64,000 bases of DNA, taken from NCBI GenBank assembly GCA_963780225.1, contig CAWAAX010000004.1, positions 1 through 64,000 on the forward strand. Reading direction: 5' to 3'. Shown here in pieces: positions 1 to 10,853 of this stretch. Within the stretch, counting starts at the first letter, position 1, and each line of letters opens with the position of its first letter. The notes under the pieces were generated by a model, which was not told the DNA's origin, made no database searches, and worked only from the letters and a program-made list of their open reading frames with translations. The DNA comes from an uncultured bacterium. Its GTDB lineage: Bacteria > Edwardsbacteria > AC1 > EtOH8. Both the position numbers and the translations under genes were made by a program.

Positions 1-1271
<1,271 letters not shown>

Positions 1272-1440
1272 AATTATAGTTACCAAGGAATTTGATCAAT
1301 AACAGGATCATAGAATACGCCCATAATACTATTATAAGGAAACCAGGAATACAGGAATCTATAAAGGCTTTTCCAGTCTATGACTCATGGTTTCATGGAT
1401 TCATGGATTCCTAATAAAAATGCTCACATCTATTATAACA

Positions 1441-1478
1441 AACAAAGAACCCGGCCTTTAACGGCCGGGTTCTTGTTT
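1441..1478. terminator. Bidirectional hairpin terminator between copA and the HAD gene
   Basis: aagaacccggcc-tttaac-ggccgggttctt inverted repeat with A/T flanks. Confidence 0.6.
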
Positions 1479-2195
1479 TAAATGTCGTGTAAGACCTGCT
1501 ACGCTCTTTATTCTTTTTATGTGGAGTGGAGACTTTTGCCCCGGTTGTTCGATCCAGACAACCTGCATTCCTGCTTTTAACGCCCCCTGGACGTCGTTCT
1601 TCAGGTCGTCCCCCACATGCAGGGCAGAGCCGGCCGGGCATTCCAAGGCCTTTAAGGCCAGCTGGAAGATCTTAGCGTCCGGCTTGCGGGCTATTGTCTC
1701 GTCCGAGAACAGGGCAACATCAAAATATTTCAGCAGACGGTATCTGGTCAGCAGTTTTCTCAAAACGAAACCCGGGGTGCGGCCGGTGTTGCAGATCAGG
1801 CCGATCTTATATCCGTCCTTGCACAATCCCTGCAAGACCTGATCGGCTCCTTTTATCATCCGGGGCGGGTACAGCAGAACAGCCTTAGCGTAATGCTCAC
1901 CGATCTCCCTTATAGCCACGGAATTCAGAGCCTTGACCAGTCCCGGCTGGGCCAGGTTAAGGAAAAGATTTACCTGATCATCGAAAGAAATGTCCCTGGC
2001 CCGCTCCCATTTTTTCCGGCAGCTTTCCCAAACCGCATGATGGGCCAGTTCCAGCTCTTTCCGGGACACATCAAAGCCGGCCCGGCGCAGGATGTGATGC
2101 GCCCGTTCCACCCGGTAAACAGAGCGCTTTTTGTCCAGAGCCTTGGAGTCGGCTATCAGGGTCTCCCAAAGATCAAAGGTTATCGCTTGGTGCAT
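1458..2195 (-). CDS. HAD-superfamily hydrolase
   Basis: FDLWETL motif I, ICNT motif II, KPD, HVGDDLKNDVQGA motif IV. Confidence 0.9.
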   Translation of the reverse strand: MHQAITFDLWETLIADSKALDKKRSVYRVERAHHILRRAGFDVSRKELELAHHAVWESCRKKWERARDISFDDQVNLFLNLAQPGLVKALNSVAIREIGEHYAKAVLLYPPRMIKGADQVLQGLCKDGYKIGLICNTGRTPGFVLRKLLTRYRLLKYFDVALFSDETIARKPDAKIFQLALKALECPAGSALHVGDDLKNDVQGALKAGMQVVWIEQPGQKSPLHIKRIKSVAGLTRHLKQEPGR

Positions 2196-2232
2196 AATAA
2201 ATTCTACAACCTCAGAGAGACAGGATTATAAA

Positions 2233-2481
2233 TGTTCAGGCCACGGGAAAATGGCATCTATGCTTTACGCTCATTATTCTATTTCTATTGCCACGAGCTT
2301 TAGCTCGTGGCTGAAGGAGCAAAAATAATCTCTTGGGGTTTCAACCCCGCTTGTCGGCCTGCGGCGGAGATGGTGAATTCATATTCTGATACAGACAGAG
2401 TAATCTCTTTAATTGCCTCTTTGGGGCTAAAGCCCTCTGGGTTAATATGATTGCTTGCCACGGCCTTAAGGCCGTGGCAAT
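2233..2481. repeat. REPIN/MITE-like palindromic element, copy 1
   Basis: Collinear with 61074-61321. Hairpins gccacgagc-ttta-gctcgtggc and gccacggcc-ttaa-ggccgtggc; attgccacg...cgtggcaat inverted ends. Confidence 0.85.
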
Positions 2482-2623
2482 ATGGTTGACCCTGTTGGCA
2501 GAAATGCGAAAACACGGAAAAACACAAAAGGTCAAACATTTCGCCGGTTTCGTGTGTTTTTCACCATTATCAGGGTAGTGCCCATAGGCGGATAGGCGTA
2601 GGGAAGATCTCAGGGAAAGTCTC

Positions 2624-4495
2624 TCAAGCCGACAGCTCGTCCAGTTTGGCGGACAGGGCCGCCTGCTCCTTTTCGCTCAGGGGCAGGTCGTGGCAGGTAA
2701 GAGAGAATAACAGCAGGGTGATCCGGGAAAGATCGCTGCGGCAGACCGACAGCACCTGGTAGTTGCCGGCCAGGGCCATTACTCTGACCAACAGATCCGA
2801 GCCCGAAGGCAGGGCCACCGCCAGGGCGGTATACTGGTCCTGGTCCGAGGTCATTTGAAGGTTCTGCAGTCGGTAGCTTATTTTATTTGAGCCGGGATCC
2901 TGTTTTTCGATCTGCCGCCAGAGCTTGAGCTGGGAGAAAACGGCGCTGTCCGGGATCTCGGGGTTCAGCAGGCATTTGTCCCCCAGGTTATAGAACAGGG
3001 ATTTGATCTCCATCACCGGCAGCTTCTCCTGCTGGGCCAGCTCCACCACCGCCGCCAGCCGCATCTGGCGTAAGGCCCGGCTGGTGCGGTCAAAAATCCT
3101 GAGCCGGGGGCCAAAGATAGGGATGTTCCGGATTGTCCGTTCTACGATGGTGTAGATCTCCTCCTCGTTAAACAAGCCGCCGGCGGGGAACAGGATCTTG
3201 CGGTCTATCCAAATGTCGATGATGGATATCTCCTGAATAACTTCATGACCGTTCTGGCTGTGGCTTAAATGGCTGGGCTTGTCGGGCATGGCCGCCGAAA
3301 GGCCTGGCACAGCGGAGAGGGCGGCCACCAAGTTCAAACCCTGTCCGGCATCGGCCCCTGAGGCCACTGCGATCAGCTTGAAATTATCCGGGGCGTGGGG
3401 ATGGATGTATCCCTGGGGGATCTTCAGCTCCCGCTCCTCGTCCAGCATGGGGGGCACTATCTTCCTTCGGACCAGTTCCACTCCCGGGGTGGGCCCCAGG
3501 GCTTCCCGGGAAGTGGGCGGAGATTTTATCCTGGACTCCAGGCTTTTGGCGGCCTGGGAACCCAGGGGCTTGTCGTCCTGTCCGGTGATCTCCAGATGGT
3601 AGACCGACAGCTTGTCGGTGGTAAAATAGGCGTAGTCGTCGTAGCGGCGGTACCCGGGCAGTTCCTGGTCGATCAGCCGCAGCAGCAACTCGTAGGTCAG
3701 CCAAGTCTCTTTGGTGATTATGGTCAGAGCTGTCAGTTCCTTGTGGCCGAAGGGAATCGGTCCAATGTCGATCTCGGTGGCCGAAAGCCCCTGGCGGATC
3801 CGGCTTTTCAGCCGGAAGTTGACCAGTACTTGGTGGGCAATGGCCTCCAGCGGCCTTTGGTTGATGTAGGATTCCTGGCGGGCCACGAAGAACTTTATGG
3901 CCTCGCCGTTGTCGCCCATTATTTCCTTGAGGTCCTGTTCGTTGACCTGTTTCTTCAGCGCGTCGGTGACGGCGGTGAAGGCGTAGAGCCGCCGTGATTC
4001 CTGGCGCTGCAGGGTCTTCTTGGCCTCGTCGTCGGCCGCTATCCGGGCCAGCCGTTCCTGGACCTTGCCCCGGGCCCGGTCCAAAGCCTGTTTGGTCAGG
4101 TTGGGGCTGACCTCCACCTCCATCAAGATCACCCCCAGCTTCTGGCGATCCCGGCGCAGGATGAAGCCGTGGGTGTAGGCGATGTTCAGCCCGGCCTCGT
4201 GCACCGTTCCCAGGCAGGCGTCGGCCAGGCCAGCCCAGTCCGGGGCCAGCACTCCGAACAGCAGGGATGGCAGGGCCTCGGTTTTTTCCTCCTGCTGTAC
4301 TTTTTCGGTGATGACATGGGCGGTGCCGGGGGACTGCTCATCTTCACTTAAAAGGCGGACCAGCAAGGCCCGCTCCTGGGCGGTCAGTCTTTCGGCATAG
4401 GCGGTGCCCAAGCGGATCTGGCGGTTATACTCCGCGATCTGGCGGGGCTTAAGCCCGGAGTCCAAAAGATAAGGGGATAGCAAGGAAAGCTTCAT
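2624..4495 (-). CDS. Hypothetical 623-aa protein with several ACT-like domains (similar to GlnD regulatory region)
   Basis: Long ORF. PDWAGLADACLGTVHEAGLNI and two later segments resemble ACT folds. No catalytic motif seen. Confidence 0.65.
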   Translation of the reverse strand: MKLSLLSPYLLDSGLKPRQIAEYNRQIRLGTAYAERLTAQERALLVRLLSEDEQSPGTAHVITEKVQQEEKTEALPSLLFGVLAPDWAGLADACLGTVHEAGLNIAYTHGFILRRDRQKLGVILMEVEVSPNLTKQALDRARGKVQERLARIAADDEAKKTLQRQESRRLYAFTAVTDALKKQVNEQDLKEIMGDNGEAIKFFVARQESYINQRPLEAIAHQVLVNFRLKSRIRQGLSATEIDIGPIPFGHKELTALTIITKETWLTYELLLRLIDQELPGYRRYDDYAYFTTDKLSVYHLEITGQDDKPLGSQAAKSLESRIKSPPTSREALGPTPGVELVRRKIVPPMLDEERELKIPQGYIHPHAPDNFKLIAVASGADAGQGLNLVAALSAVPGLSAAMPDKPSHLSHSQNGHEVIQEISIIDIWIDRKILFPAGGLFNEEEIYTIVERTIRNIPIFGPRLRIFDRTSRALRQMRLAAVVELAQQEKLPVMEIKSLFYNLGDKCLLNPEIPDSAVFSQLKLWRQIEKQDPGSNKISYRLQNLQMTSDQDQYTALAVALPSGSDLLVRVMALAGNYQVLSVCRSDLSRITLLLFSLTCHDLPLSEKEQAALSAKLDELSA

Positions 4496-4612
4496 AACTT
4501 CTAATCATACCAATTTATCGGATAAAGTCAAGAGAAAAAGAAAGACCTGAGCGGTGAAGCCGGCCCGGAGGACAGGACCATAAATTCGCCAGTCCTTTTT
4601 ATTTTTTACCAA

Positions 4613-4641
4613 TTGACAGACATATTTTAAGATGTTATCAT
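4613..4641 (+). promoter_or_regulatory. Sigma70-type promoter
   Basis: TTGACA-17-TATCAT upstream of the 4684 ORF, which has a GGGAGG RBS. Confidence 0.6.
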
Positions 4642-4683
4642 ACAAGGTTAAAGAATATACCCAAAAAACATTGGGGAGGGAAC

Positions 4684-5517
4684 ATGAGAAAGAGCACTTC
4701 TTTCGTGGCCGTGGTGTTGGCGATCGCAGGCCTGTCATCCGCCGCCGAGATAACCATCGACGGCAGCCGCTTTGAGGGAACATCCCGCAATGCCAAGGCT
4801 GCGGGCCAATCCGCCCGGTTGGCCGGCTCGTTTACCTATGGCGCCGCCGAATATTCTGTGCCGCTGCCCCCATCATCTGACCGGGTGAAGATGGAACTGT
4901 CATTTGACAACCAGAGCGGCAAGTGGCTGAAGATGTACGTCTACAACTACGGCACGGTCTATGATGACCCAAGCTACCGCAACCAGAAACTGGCCCCAAA
5001 CTGGCGGCTGTGGCAGGCCACCAACGGCACCGGCAGCTGGAACACCAAAAACCCAGAGTATCTTTACACCACCTCCTCCGACGGAAGGCTGGACTATCTG
5101 GGCCCGGACAACCGGCTGAGGGTACTGTTCTATGCCGACGGCGGCGTGCCGTACCTGGGCGACGGACGTTTTTTGATCAGGCAGATCAAGATCACCTATT
5201 CCTCCAGCGAGGCCGTGGCCTCACAGGTCATCACCTCCGCCGACGCCTGGATAGAGGGGGATTATCTGCTGGTCCGGGGCAGGGGCCAGGGCAAGACCAA
5301 GATCGATGTGCCGGGATACGAAAGCATGACCAAGTCCCAGGCTATTAGGGCGGCCAGGGTGACGGCCTATAAGAATTTGGGGATAGCCCTGGGCAGGATA
5401 TCGCCACAGGGGGGGACGGCCAATATTCCGGGGGCCCGGGTCCGGTCCACCAGGATGTTTGAGGATTACAGTGCGGAGATAATACTGGAAGTGCCGCTGG
5501 CTAGCCTGCAGAAGTAA
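4684..5517 (+). CDS. Secreted hypothetical protein with a possible LPP20-like C-terminal domain
   Basis: N-terminal signal peptide; C-terminal GRG...AIRAARVTAYKNL pattern. Confidence 0.65.
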   Translation: MRKSTSFVAVVLAIAGLSSAAEITIDGSRFEGTSRNAKAAGQSARLAGSFTYGAAEYSVPLPPSSDRVKMELSFDNQSGKWLKMYVYNYGTVYDDPSYRNQKLAPNWRLWQATNGTGSWNTKNPEYLYTTSSDGRLDYLGPDNRLRVLFYADGGVPYLGDGRFLIRQIKITYSSSEAVASQVITSADAWIEGDYLLVRGRGQGKTKIDVPGYESMTKSQAIRAARVTAYKNLGIALGRISPQGGTANIPGARVRSTRMFEDYSAEIILEVPLASLQK

Positions 5518-5639
5518 AAGGCGAATAGAGGGTACATCTATAAGGAAACCAGGAATGCAGGAATACTCTTGGGTGTTTTTTAATTTCAGGGATGATGATT
5601 TAATCACTAAATATCAATCTGTTTAATAGTTCGGCAGAG

Positions 5640-5663
5640 CCTGCCCTGAGTGGTGTCGAAGGG
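5640..5663 (-). repeat. Short REP-like unit (cccttcgac...ctcagggcagg family)
   Basis: Reverse complement closely resembles 48273-48296. Confidence 0.6.
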
Positions 5664-5725
5664 CTCACTACAACGTCTGCGGATGGTTCCGCTTTTCAAT
5701 TACTTTTCATTCTATATAACAACCG

Positions 5726-7867
5726 ATGGATCTGCTCAACAATCTCAACCCTCCCCAGCGCGAGGCCGTCACCTACCTGGACGGCCCGGTGCTGATATTG
5801 GCCGGGGCCGGCTCGGGCAAGACCCGGGTGCTGACCCACCGTTTGGCCTACATTACCGGCACCGGAGCCTGCGCCCCCTGGAACATCCTGGCGGTCACCT
5901 TTACCAACAAGGCGGCATCGGAGATGAAACAGCGGGTGGCTGCTCTTTTAAAGCGACCGGCCGAAGGCCTGTGGATCGGGACATTCCATTCCGTCTGCGG
6001 GCGGATCCTGCGCCAGGACGGCTTTAGGCTGGGCTACGGCAGGGATTTTACCATCTATGACGAGTCCGACAAGCTGTCGCTGATCAAAAGGATCATGGCC
6101 GACCTGGCCATCCCCGAGCGCCGGGTCGCTCCCCGGGCTGTGATCTCCCGGATCTCCGGGGCCAAGGACCAGATGATAGGGCCGGAGGAATACCAGAAGA
6201 CGGCCTACGACTTCTTCGAAAAGGAGGTGGCCCGGGTCTATCCCGCCTACCAGCAGGCTTTGCTGAGGAACCAGGCCATGGACTTTGACGACCTGCTGGT
6301 CAACGCGGTGAGGCTGTTCCAGGAGAACCCCGGCACCCTGGAGGAATACACCGAAAAATTCAAACATATCCTGGTGGACGAATACCAGGACACTAACCAC
6401 ACCCAGTACCTGCTGATAAAGCTCCTTTCAATCAAGAACCGGCGGCTGTGCGTCGTTGGAGACGATGACCAGTCCATCTATGGCTTCAGGGGGGCCGACA
6501 TCCGCAACATCCTGGAGTTCGAGAAGGATTTCCCCGAGGCCAAGGTCATCCGGCTGGAACAGAACTACCGCTCCACCAAGACCATCCTGGAATGCGCCAA
6601 CCAGGTGGTCAAGAACAACCTGGGCCGCAAGGGCAAGAACCTGTGGACCGAGAATGCTTCCGGGGACAAGGCCTCCCTGTGGCAGGCCTGGGACGAGCGG
6701 GACGAGGCCGACAAGATCTGCCTGAACATCAAATCAAACATGGCCCAGGCCTCGCTCAAGGACATGGTGGTGCTGTACCGCACCAACGCCCAGAGCCGGG
6801 CCCTGGAAGACGCCTGCCGCCGCTATTCCCTGCCGTACCTGATAGTGGGCGGGGTGAAATTCTACGAGCGCAAGGAGGTCAAGGACCTGATGGCCTATCT
6901 TAAGGTGGCGGCCAACCCCGCCGACGGCGTCAATTTAAAACGGATAGTCAACGAGCCGCCCCGGGGCATCGGCGACACCAGCCTGATGCGGATAGAGGCC
7001 TGGGCCGCCGAAAGCAAGCTCTCCCTTTACCGGGCTTTGGAGCAGGCCGACCAGGTGCCGGGCCTGGGGCCGGGGGTAAAGGCCGCCGCCAAAGCTTTTC
7101 ACGGGTTCATGGAAGAATTAAAAACCATGGCCTTGACCAAGACCGCCGAAGAAATCATCAAGGAACTGGTGGAAAGAACCTCGTACCTTAAGCACCTGCA
7201 GGGGCAGTACCCCGACTCCGAGGAGGCCGACAGCCGGGCCGAGAACGTGGGCGAGCTGGAGGCCGCGGCCAACGACTTCTGCGAACGGTCGGAGGACAAG
7301 TCCCTGCCCGCCTTCTTGGCCGAAGTGTCGCTGGTGGCCGACATCGATCGCTGGGACCCGCAGTCCCAGGCCGTTACTTTAATGACCATGCACAACGCCA
7401 AGGGGCTGGAGTTCGACCACGTCTACATTGCCGGGCTGGAGGACGGACTGCTGCCGCACTCGGCCTCGGTGGAGTCCCGACAGGAGCTGGAGGAGGAGCG
7501 GCGCCTCTTCTACGTGGCCATCACCCGGGCCAAAAAGAGCCTACATCTCTGCCTGGCCTCCTCCCGGCGCCGCTTCGGCGGGCTGATGCCGGCCGTGCCC
7601 TCGCGCTTTTTGGCCGAGCTGCCCCGCGACCTTTTGGATATCCAGGGCCGGGCCGGAAAGACCGAGATTACCAGGGTCCCGGCCGAGGACATGGACCAGG
7701 ACCTGCCGGAGACCGGGACCATCAAGGGCAAGGCCGTCCGGCATTCGGTCTGGGGCCGGGGCAAGGTGGTGGAGGTGGAGGGCGAAGGCGAAGAGATGAA
7801 GCTGTCAATAGTCTTTTCCGGGGGCTTAAGGAAGAAGGTGCTGGCCAGTTTTGTGGTCAGGGATTGA
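5726..7867 (+). CDS. pcrA: ATP-dependent DNA helicase UvrD/PcrA
   Basis: AGAGSGKT, DEYQDTN, VGDDDQSIY, LEQNYRST, KGLEF, EERRLFYVAITRA; C-terminal Tudor-like domain. Confidence 0.95.
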   Translation: MDLLNNLNPPQREAVTYLDGPVLILAGAGSGKTRVLTHRLAYITGTGACAPWNILAVTFTNKAASEMKQRVAALLKRPAEGLWIGTFHSVCGRILRQDGFRLGYGRDFTIYDESDKLSLIKRIMADLAIPERRVAPRAVISRISGAKDQMIGPEEYQKTAYDFFEKEVARVYPAYQQALLRNQAMDFDDLLVNAVRLFQENPGTLEEYTEKFKHILVDEYQDTNHTQYLLIKLLSIKNRRLCVVGDDDQSIYGFRGADIRNILEFEKDFPEAKVIRLEQNYRSTKTILECANQVVKNNLGRKGKNLWTENASGDKASLWQAWDERDEADKICLNIKSNMAQASLKDMVVLYRTNAQSRALEDACRRYSLPYLIVGGVKFYERKEVKDLMAYLKVAANPADGVNLKRIVNEPPRGIGDTSLMRIEAWAAESKLSLYRALEQADQVPGLGPGVKAAAKAFHGFMEELKTMALTKTAEEIIKELVERTSYLKHLQGQYPDSEEADSRAENVGELEAAANDFCERSEDKSLPAFLAEVSLVADIDRWDPQSQAVTLMTMHNAKGLEFDHVYIAGLEDGLLPHSASVESRQELEEERRLFYVAITRAKKSLHLCLASSRRRFGGLMPAVPSRFLAELPRDLLDIQGRAGKTEITRVPAEDMDQDLPETGTIKGKAVRHSVWGRGKVVEVEGEGEEMKLSIVFSGGLRKKVLASFVVRD

Positions 7868-8081
7868 ATAACTTCCAGTCAAGCAAGAAGCATCCGGTCA
7901 ATCCCCAAATAACCGAGCCTTTATCCGAGATACCAGTGCCATTTCCGGGTTGACCGGGAATTCAGGGTAAAAACCCAACCGTAAAAATGTGTTTTTTGAA
8001 AAGTACATTGAGAATTTCCCGCAGCAGCAACAGCAGTCTGGATTAAAACCGTCATATCAAAAAAGCAAAAGATTATTTGGC

Positions 8082-8110
8082 TTGACAGAGTGTTATTTAA
8101 AAGGTATATT
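8082..8110 (+). promoter_or_regulatory. Sigma70-type promoter, probably giving a leaderless mRNA
   Basis: TTGACA-17-TATATT, 6 nt before ATG 8117. Confidence 0.65.
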
Positions 8111-8116
8111 ATTCAG

Positions 8117-9079
8117 ATGATTTACCAGCCTTCATATTTAAAAATATTCCAAGCCGGCCGGTTGGATGACAGGTGCCGGGAGGCCGAATCACTACTGTCT
8201 TCCTGCGAGCTATGTCCCAGAGAGTGCAGGGTAAACAGGCTGGAAAATCAAAAGGGATTCTGCCGCAGCGGCCGTCTGCCCGTTGTTTCCAGCTATAACG
8301 CCCATTTGGGAGAAGAGCCGCCCATCTCGGGCACCAAAGGTTCGGGCACCATATTCTTTGCCAACTGCAATATGGCCTGTGTTTACTGCCAGAACTGGCC
8401 GATCAGCCAGCTGGGCCAGGGCCAGGAAGTGTCTTTTGAACGCCTGGCCGGAATGATGCTGGAATTGCAGGAACGGGGCTGCCACAACATCAACTTCGTC
8501 ACCCCTTCCCACATGACAGCTCAGATCCTGCTGTCGCTGCGGCTGGCGGTGGAGAGGGGTTTTAATTTGCCGTTGGTCTACAACTCCAGCGGATACGATT
8601 CCCAAAATTCCCTGAAACTCATGGATGGCGTGGTGGATATTTACCTGCCCGATATCCGTTACTGCGATCCGGAGGCGGCCGAAAAGTATTCGCAGGCTCC
8701 GGACTATCCCGAGGTCTGCCGGTCTGCCCTGAAAGAGATGTGGCGCCAGGCCGGTGAACTTGAGACCGGCCAAAATGAAATAGCCCGGAGGGGTATGATC
8801 GTCAGGCATTTGGTTTTGCCCAACCGGCTTTCTCAGACCAGGGAAGCGTTAGCCTTTTTAGCAAATGAAATATCTCCGTCGGTACATCTTTCACTGATGG
8901 CCCAGTATTTTCCCGCGCATCAAACAGCGGCCATGCCGGAGATCGACCGCCGCTTGACTTCTGAGGAATACCGCCAGGCCCTGGAATGGCTGGAGGAGCT
9001 GGGAATGGAGAACGGCTGGCATCAGGAGCTGGACGACAGCGGGGGCGGGCCGGCGGACCGGATAGTGAGGGAGCCATGA
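8117..9079 (+). CDS. Radical SAM protein, PflX family
   Basis: CELCPRECRVNR, EEPPISG, CNMACVYCQN (CxxxCxxC), IVRHLVLP. Confidence 0.9.
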   Translation: MIYQPSYLKIFQAGRLDDRCREAESLLSSCELCPRECRVNRLENQKGFCRSGRLPVVSSYNAHLGEEPPISGTKGSGTIFFANCNMACVYCQNWPISQLGQGQEVSFERLAGMMLELQERGCHNINFVTPSHMTAQILLSLRLAVERGFNLPLVYNSSGYDSQNSLKLMDGVVDIYLPDIRYCDPEAAEKYSQAPDYPEVCRSALKEMWRQAGELETGQNEIARRGMIVRHLVLPNRLSQTREALAFLANEISPSVHLSLMAQYFPAHQTAAMPEIDRRLTSEEYRQALEWLEELGMENGWHQELDDSGGGPADRIVREP

Positions 9080-10716
9080 CCAAAAAGTGCTGGGAGGAGG
9101 TCATATGCACCCGGGAGGACTGCCCGGTCAAGCAGAATCAGGAAGACTACTGCTGGCTTTCCGAAGCCCGGGTCTGCCTGGACGGGCAGAACAGGGACAT
9201 CCGGGAACGCCTGCACCAGTGCTGCCGGGACTGCCCCCATTTTCAGAAAACCTTGGAACGCAGCACCGGCCGGCGCCTCACCGACCAGGTGATGGCGGAA
9301 ACCGTCTTAAAACTGCTGGAGGAGATGGGCGGGATCCATGCTGAACTGGCGGCCAGCAACCGCCAGTTGGGGCAAAAGATGAGGGAACTGGCCATCCTCA
9401 ACGAAGGGACCAAGGCCCTGCAGACTACCTTGGATCTGGAGCAGGTACTGCATATAGTTTTAACCGGGGTGACCGCCGCCCAGGCCCTGAGCCTGAACCG
9501 GGCCTTTTTGCTGCTGGTGGACGGCAATCGGAAAAATTTAGTCGGGAAGATGGCGGTGGGGCCGGGCGGGGCCGAAGAGGCCTTCAACATCTGGAACGAG
9601 CTGCAGAAATCACCCCGTTCATTCCTGGAAATGGCTTTGACCCCCTACCGCCAGGTACAGGGAAACATTTTGGTCAACCAGTTGGTGAAAAACATTTCGA
9701 TCCCGTTGAACGACCGGTCCAATGTCCTGATTCAGGTTCTGGAATCAAAAAAGCCGCTGCTGGTAAACGATGCCTCCTCCCTTCCCGGCGCCCTGGAACT
9801 GGCCGGTTGGTTGAAGGTCAATTCCTTCATCATCGCCCCGCTGGTGGCTGAGCAGGAAACCCTGGGGATCATCCTGGCCGACAATGCCGTCACCAAAATG
9901 CCGATCCATTCTGACGACGTCACTTTGCTGGAGATCTTCGCCGGACAGGTCTCGGCTTTCATCCGGAACGCCGGGCTGTACCAGAGTTTAAAGGACAAGG
10001 TGAGGGAACTGCAGCAGAGCCAGGAAAAACTTTTGAAGGCCGAGCGGATGGCGGCGGTGGGAGAGATGGCGGCGGTGTTGGCGCACGAGATCCGCACTCC
10101 TATGGTCTCCATCGGCGGGTTCATCAATTCCATGATCCGGGAAAGGCCGGAAGACCCCAAATTCGGCCAGCAGCTTAAGATCATCAGCTCCGAGATCGAC
10201 CGGCTGGAGGGGGTGCTGACCGACACCCTGGAACTGTCGCGGTTCAAGGAGCCGGAGCTGGTCAGCGAGAACATTAACGATGTGGTCAAACGTTGCAGCG
10301 GTGTGTTAAAGACCGAGTTTGACCGCCAGAACATAAAAGTGGAGTTGTCGCTGGAGGAAGGTCTGGCCCCGGTCTGGATAGACCGCCGCCAGTTTCCCCA
10401 GGTGCTGATGAACCTGCTGAAGAACGCCCTGCATGCTATGCCGCTGGGCGGAAATCTGTCGGTACGCACCTGGCTGGACGCCGGTCCGGAACTGGCGATC
10501 TCGATCTCCGACACCGGCTCGGGCATCCCCCGCCAGGAGCTGGAGCACGTCTTTGAGCCCAAGTTCACAACCAAACGGGGCGGGCTGGGCATCGGGCTGG
10601 CCGTCAGCAAAAAGATAGTGGAGGGCCACCGGGGCAGCATCACGGTCAGTTCCGCCGAAGGCCGGGGGACATCGTTTGTGATCCGCCTGCCGTCGGGCAA
10701 TCAAACGGCAGTATAA
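9076..10716 (+). CDS. Cytoplasmic sensor histidine kinase with Cys-rich N-terminus, GAF, HisKA and HATPase domains
   Basis: LAHEIRTP H-box, NLLKNALHA, DTGSGI, GLGIGL. ATGA overlap with the upstream gene; GAGG RBS. Confidence 0.9.
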   Translation: MTKKCWEEVICTREDCPVKQNQEDYCWLSEARVCLDGQNRDIRERLHQCCRDCPHFQKTLERSTGRRLTDQVMAETVLKLLEEMGGIHAELAASNRQLGQKMRELAILNEGTKALQTTLDLEQVLHIVLTGVTAAQALSLNRAFLLLVDGNRKNLVGKMAVGPGGAEEAFNIWNELQKSPRSFLEMALTPYRQVQGNILVNQLVKNISIPLNDRSNVLIQVLESKKPLLVNDASSLPGALELAGWLKVNSFIIAPLVAEQETLGIILADNAVTKMPIHSDDVTLLEIFAGQVSAFIRNAGLYQSLKDKVRELQQSQEKLLKAERMAAVGEMAAVLAHEIRTPMVSIGGFINSMIRERPEDPKFGQQLKIISSEIDRLEGVLTDTLELSRFKEPELVSENINDVVKRCSGVLKTEFDRQNIKVELSLEEGLAPVWIDRRQFPQVLMNLLKNALHAMPLGGNLSVRTWLDAGPELAISISDTGSGIPRQELEHVFEPKFTTKRGGLGIGLAVSKKIVEGHRGSITVSSAEGRGTSFVIRLPSGNQTAV

Positions 10717-10853
10717 TGTTTAGGGGGAATATGTAAAATTATACTTGCCACAAAGTCACCAAGGCACAAAAGTATGGCAAATTGAAGTAGATTATTAGAG
10801 TCTTAGTGTCTTAGTGGCTAAATCTAATCCCAATAAAACGGAAGGATCAGCCA

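Noticed and set aside
2300..2539. Similar small minus-strand ORFs at 2300-2539 and 61141-61506 as a protein family
   Set aside because: The similarity comes from the shared palindromic DNA element; starts and lengths differ and there is no RBS.
7885..7958. ccggtcaatcc/gggttgaccgg inverted repeat as a ncRNA
   Set aside because: A single stem with a large unstructured loop and no other support.
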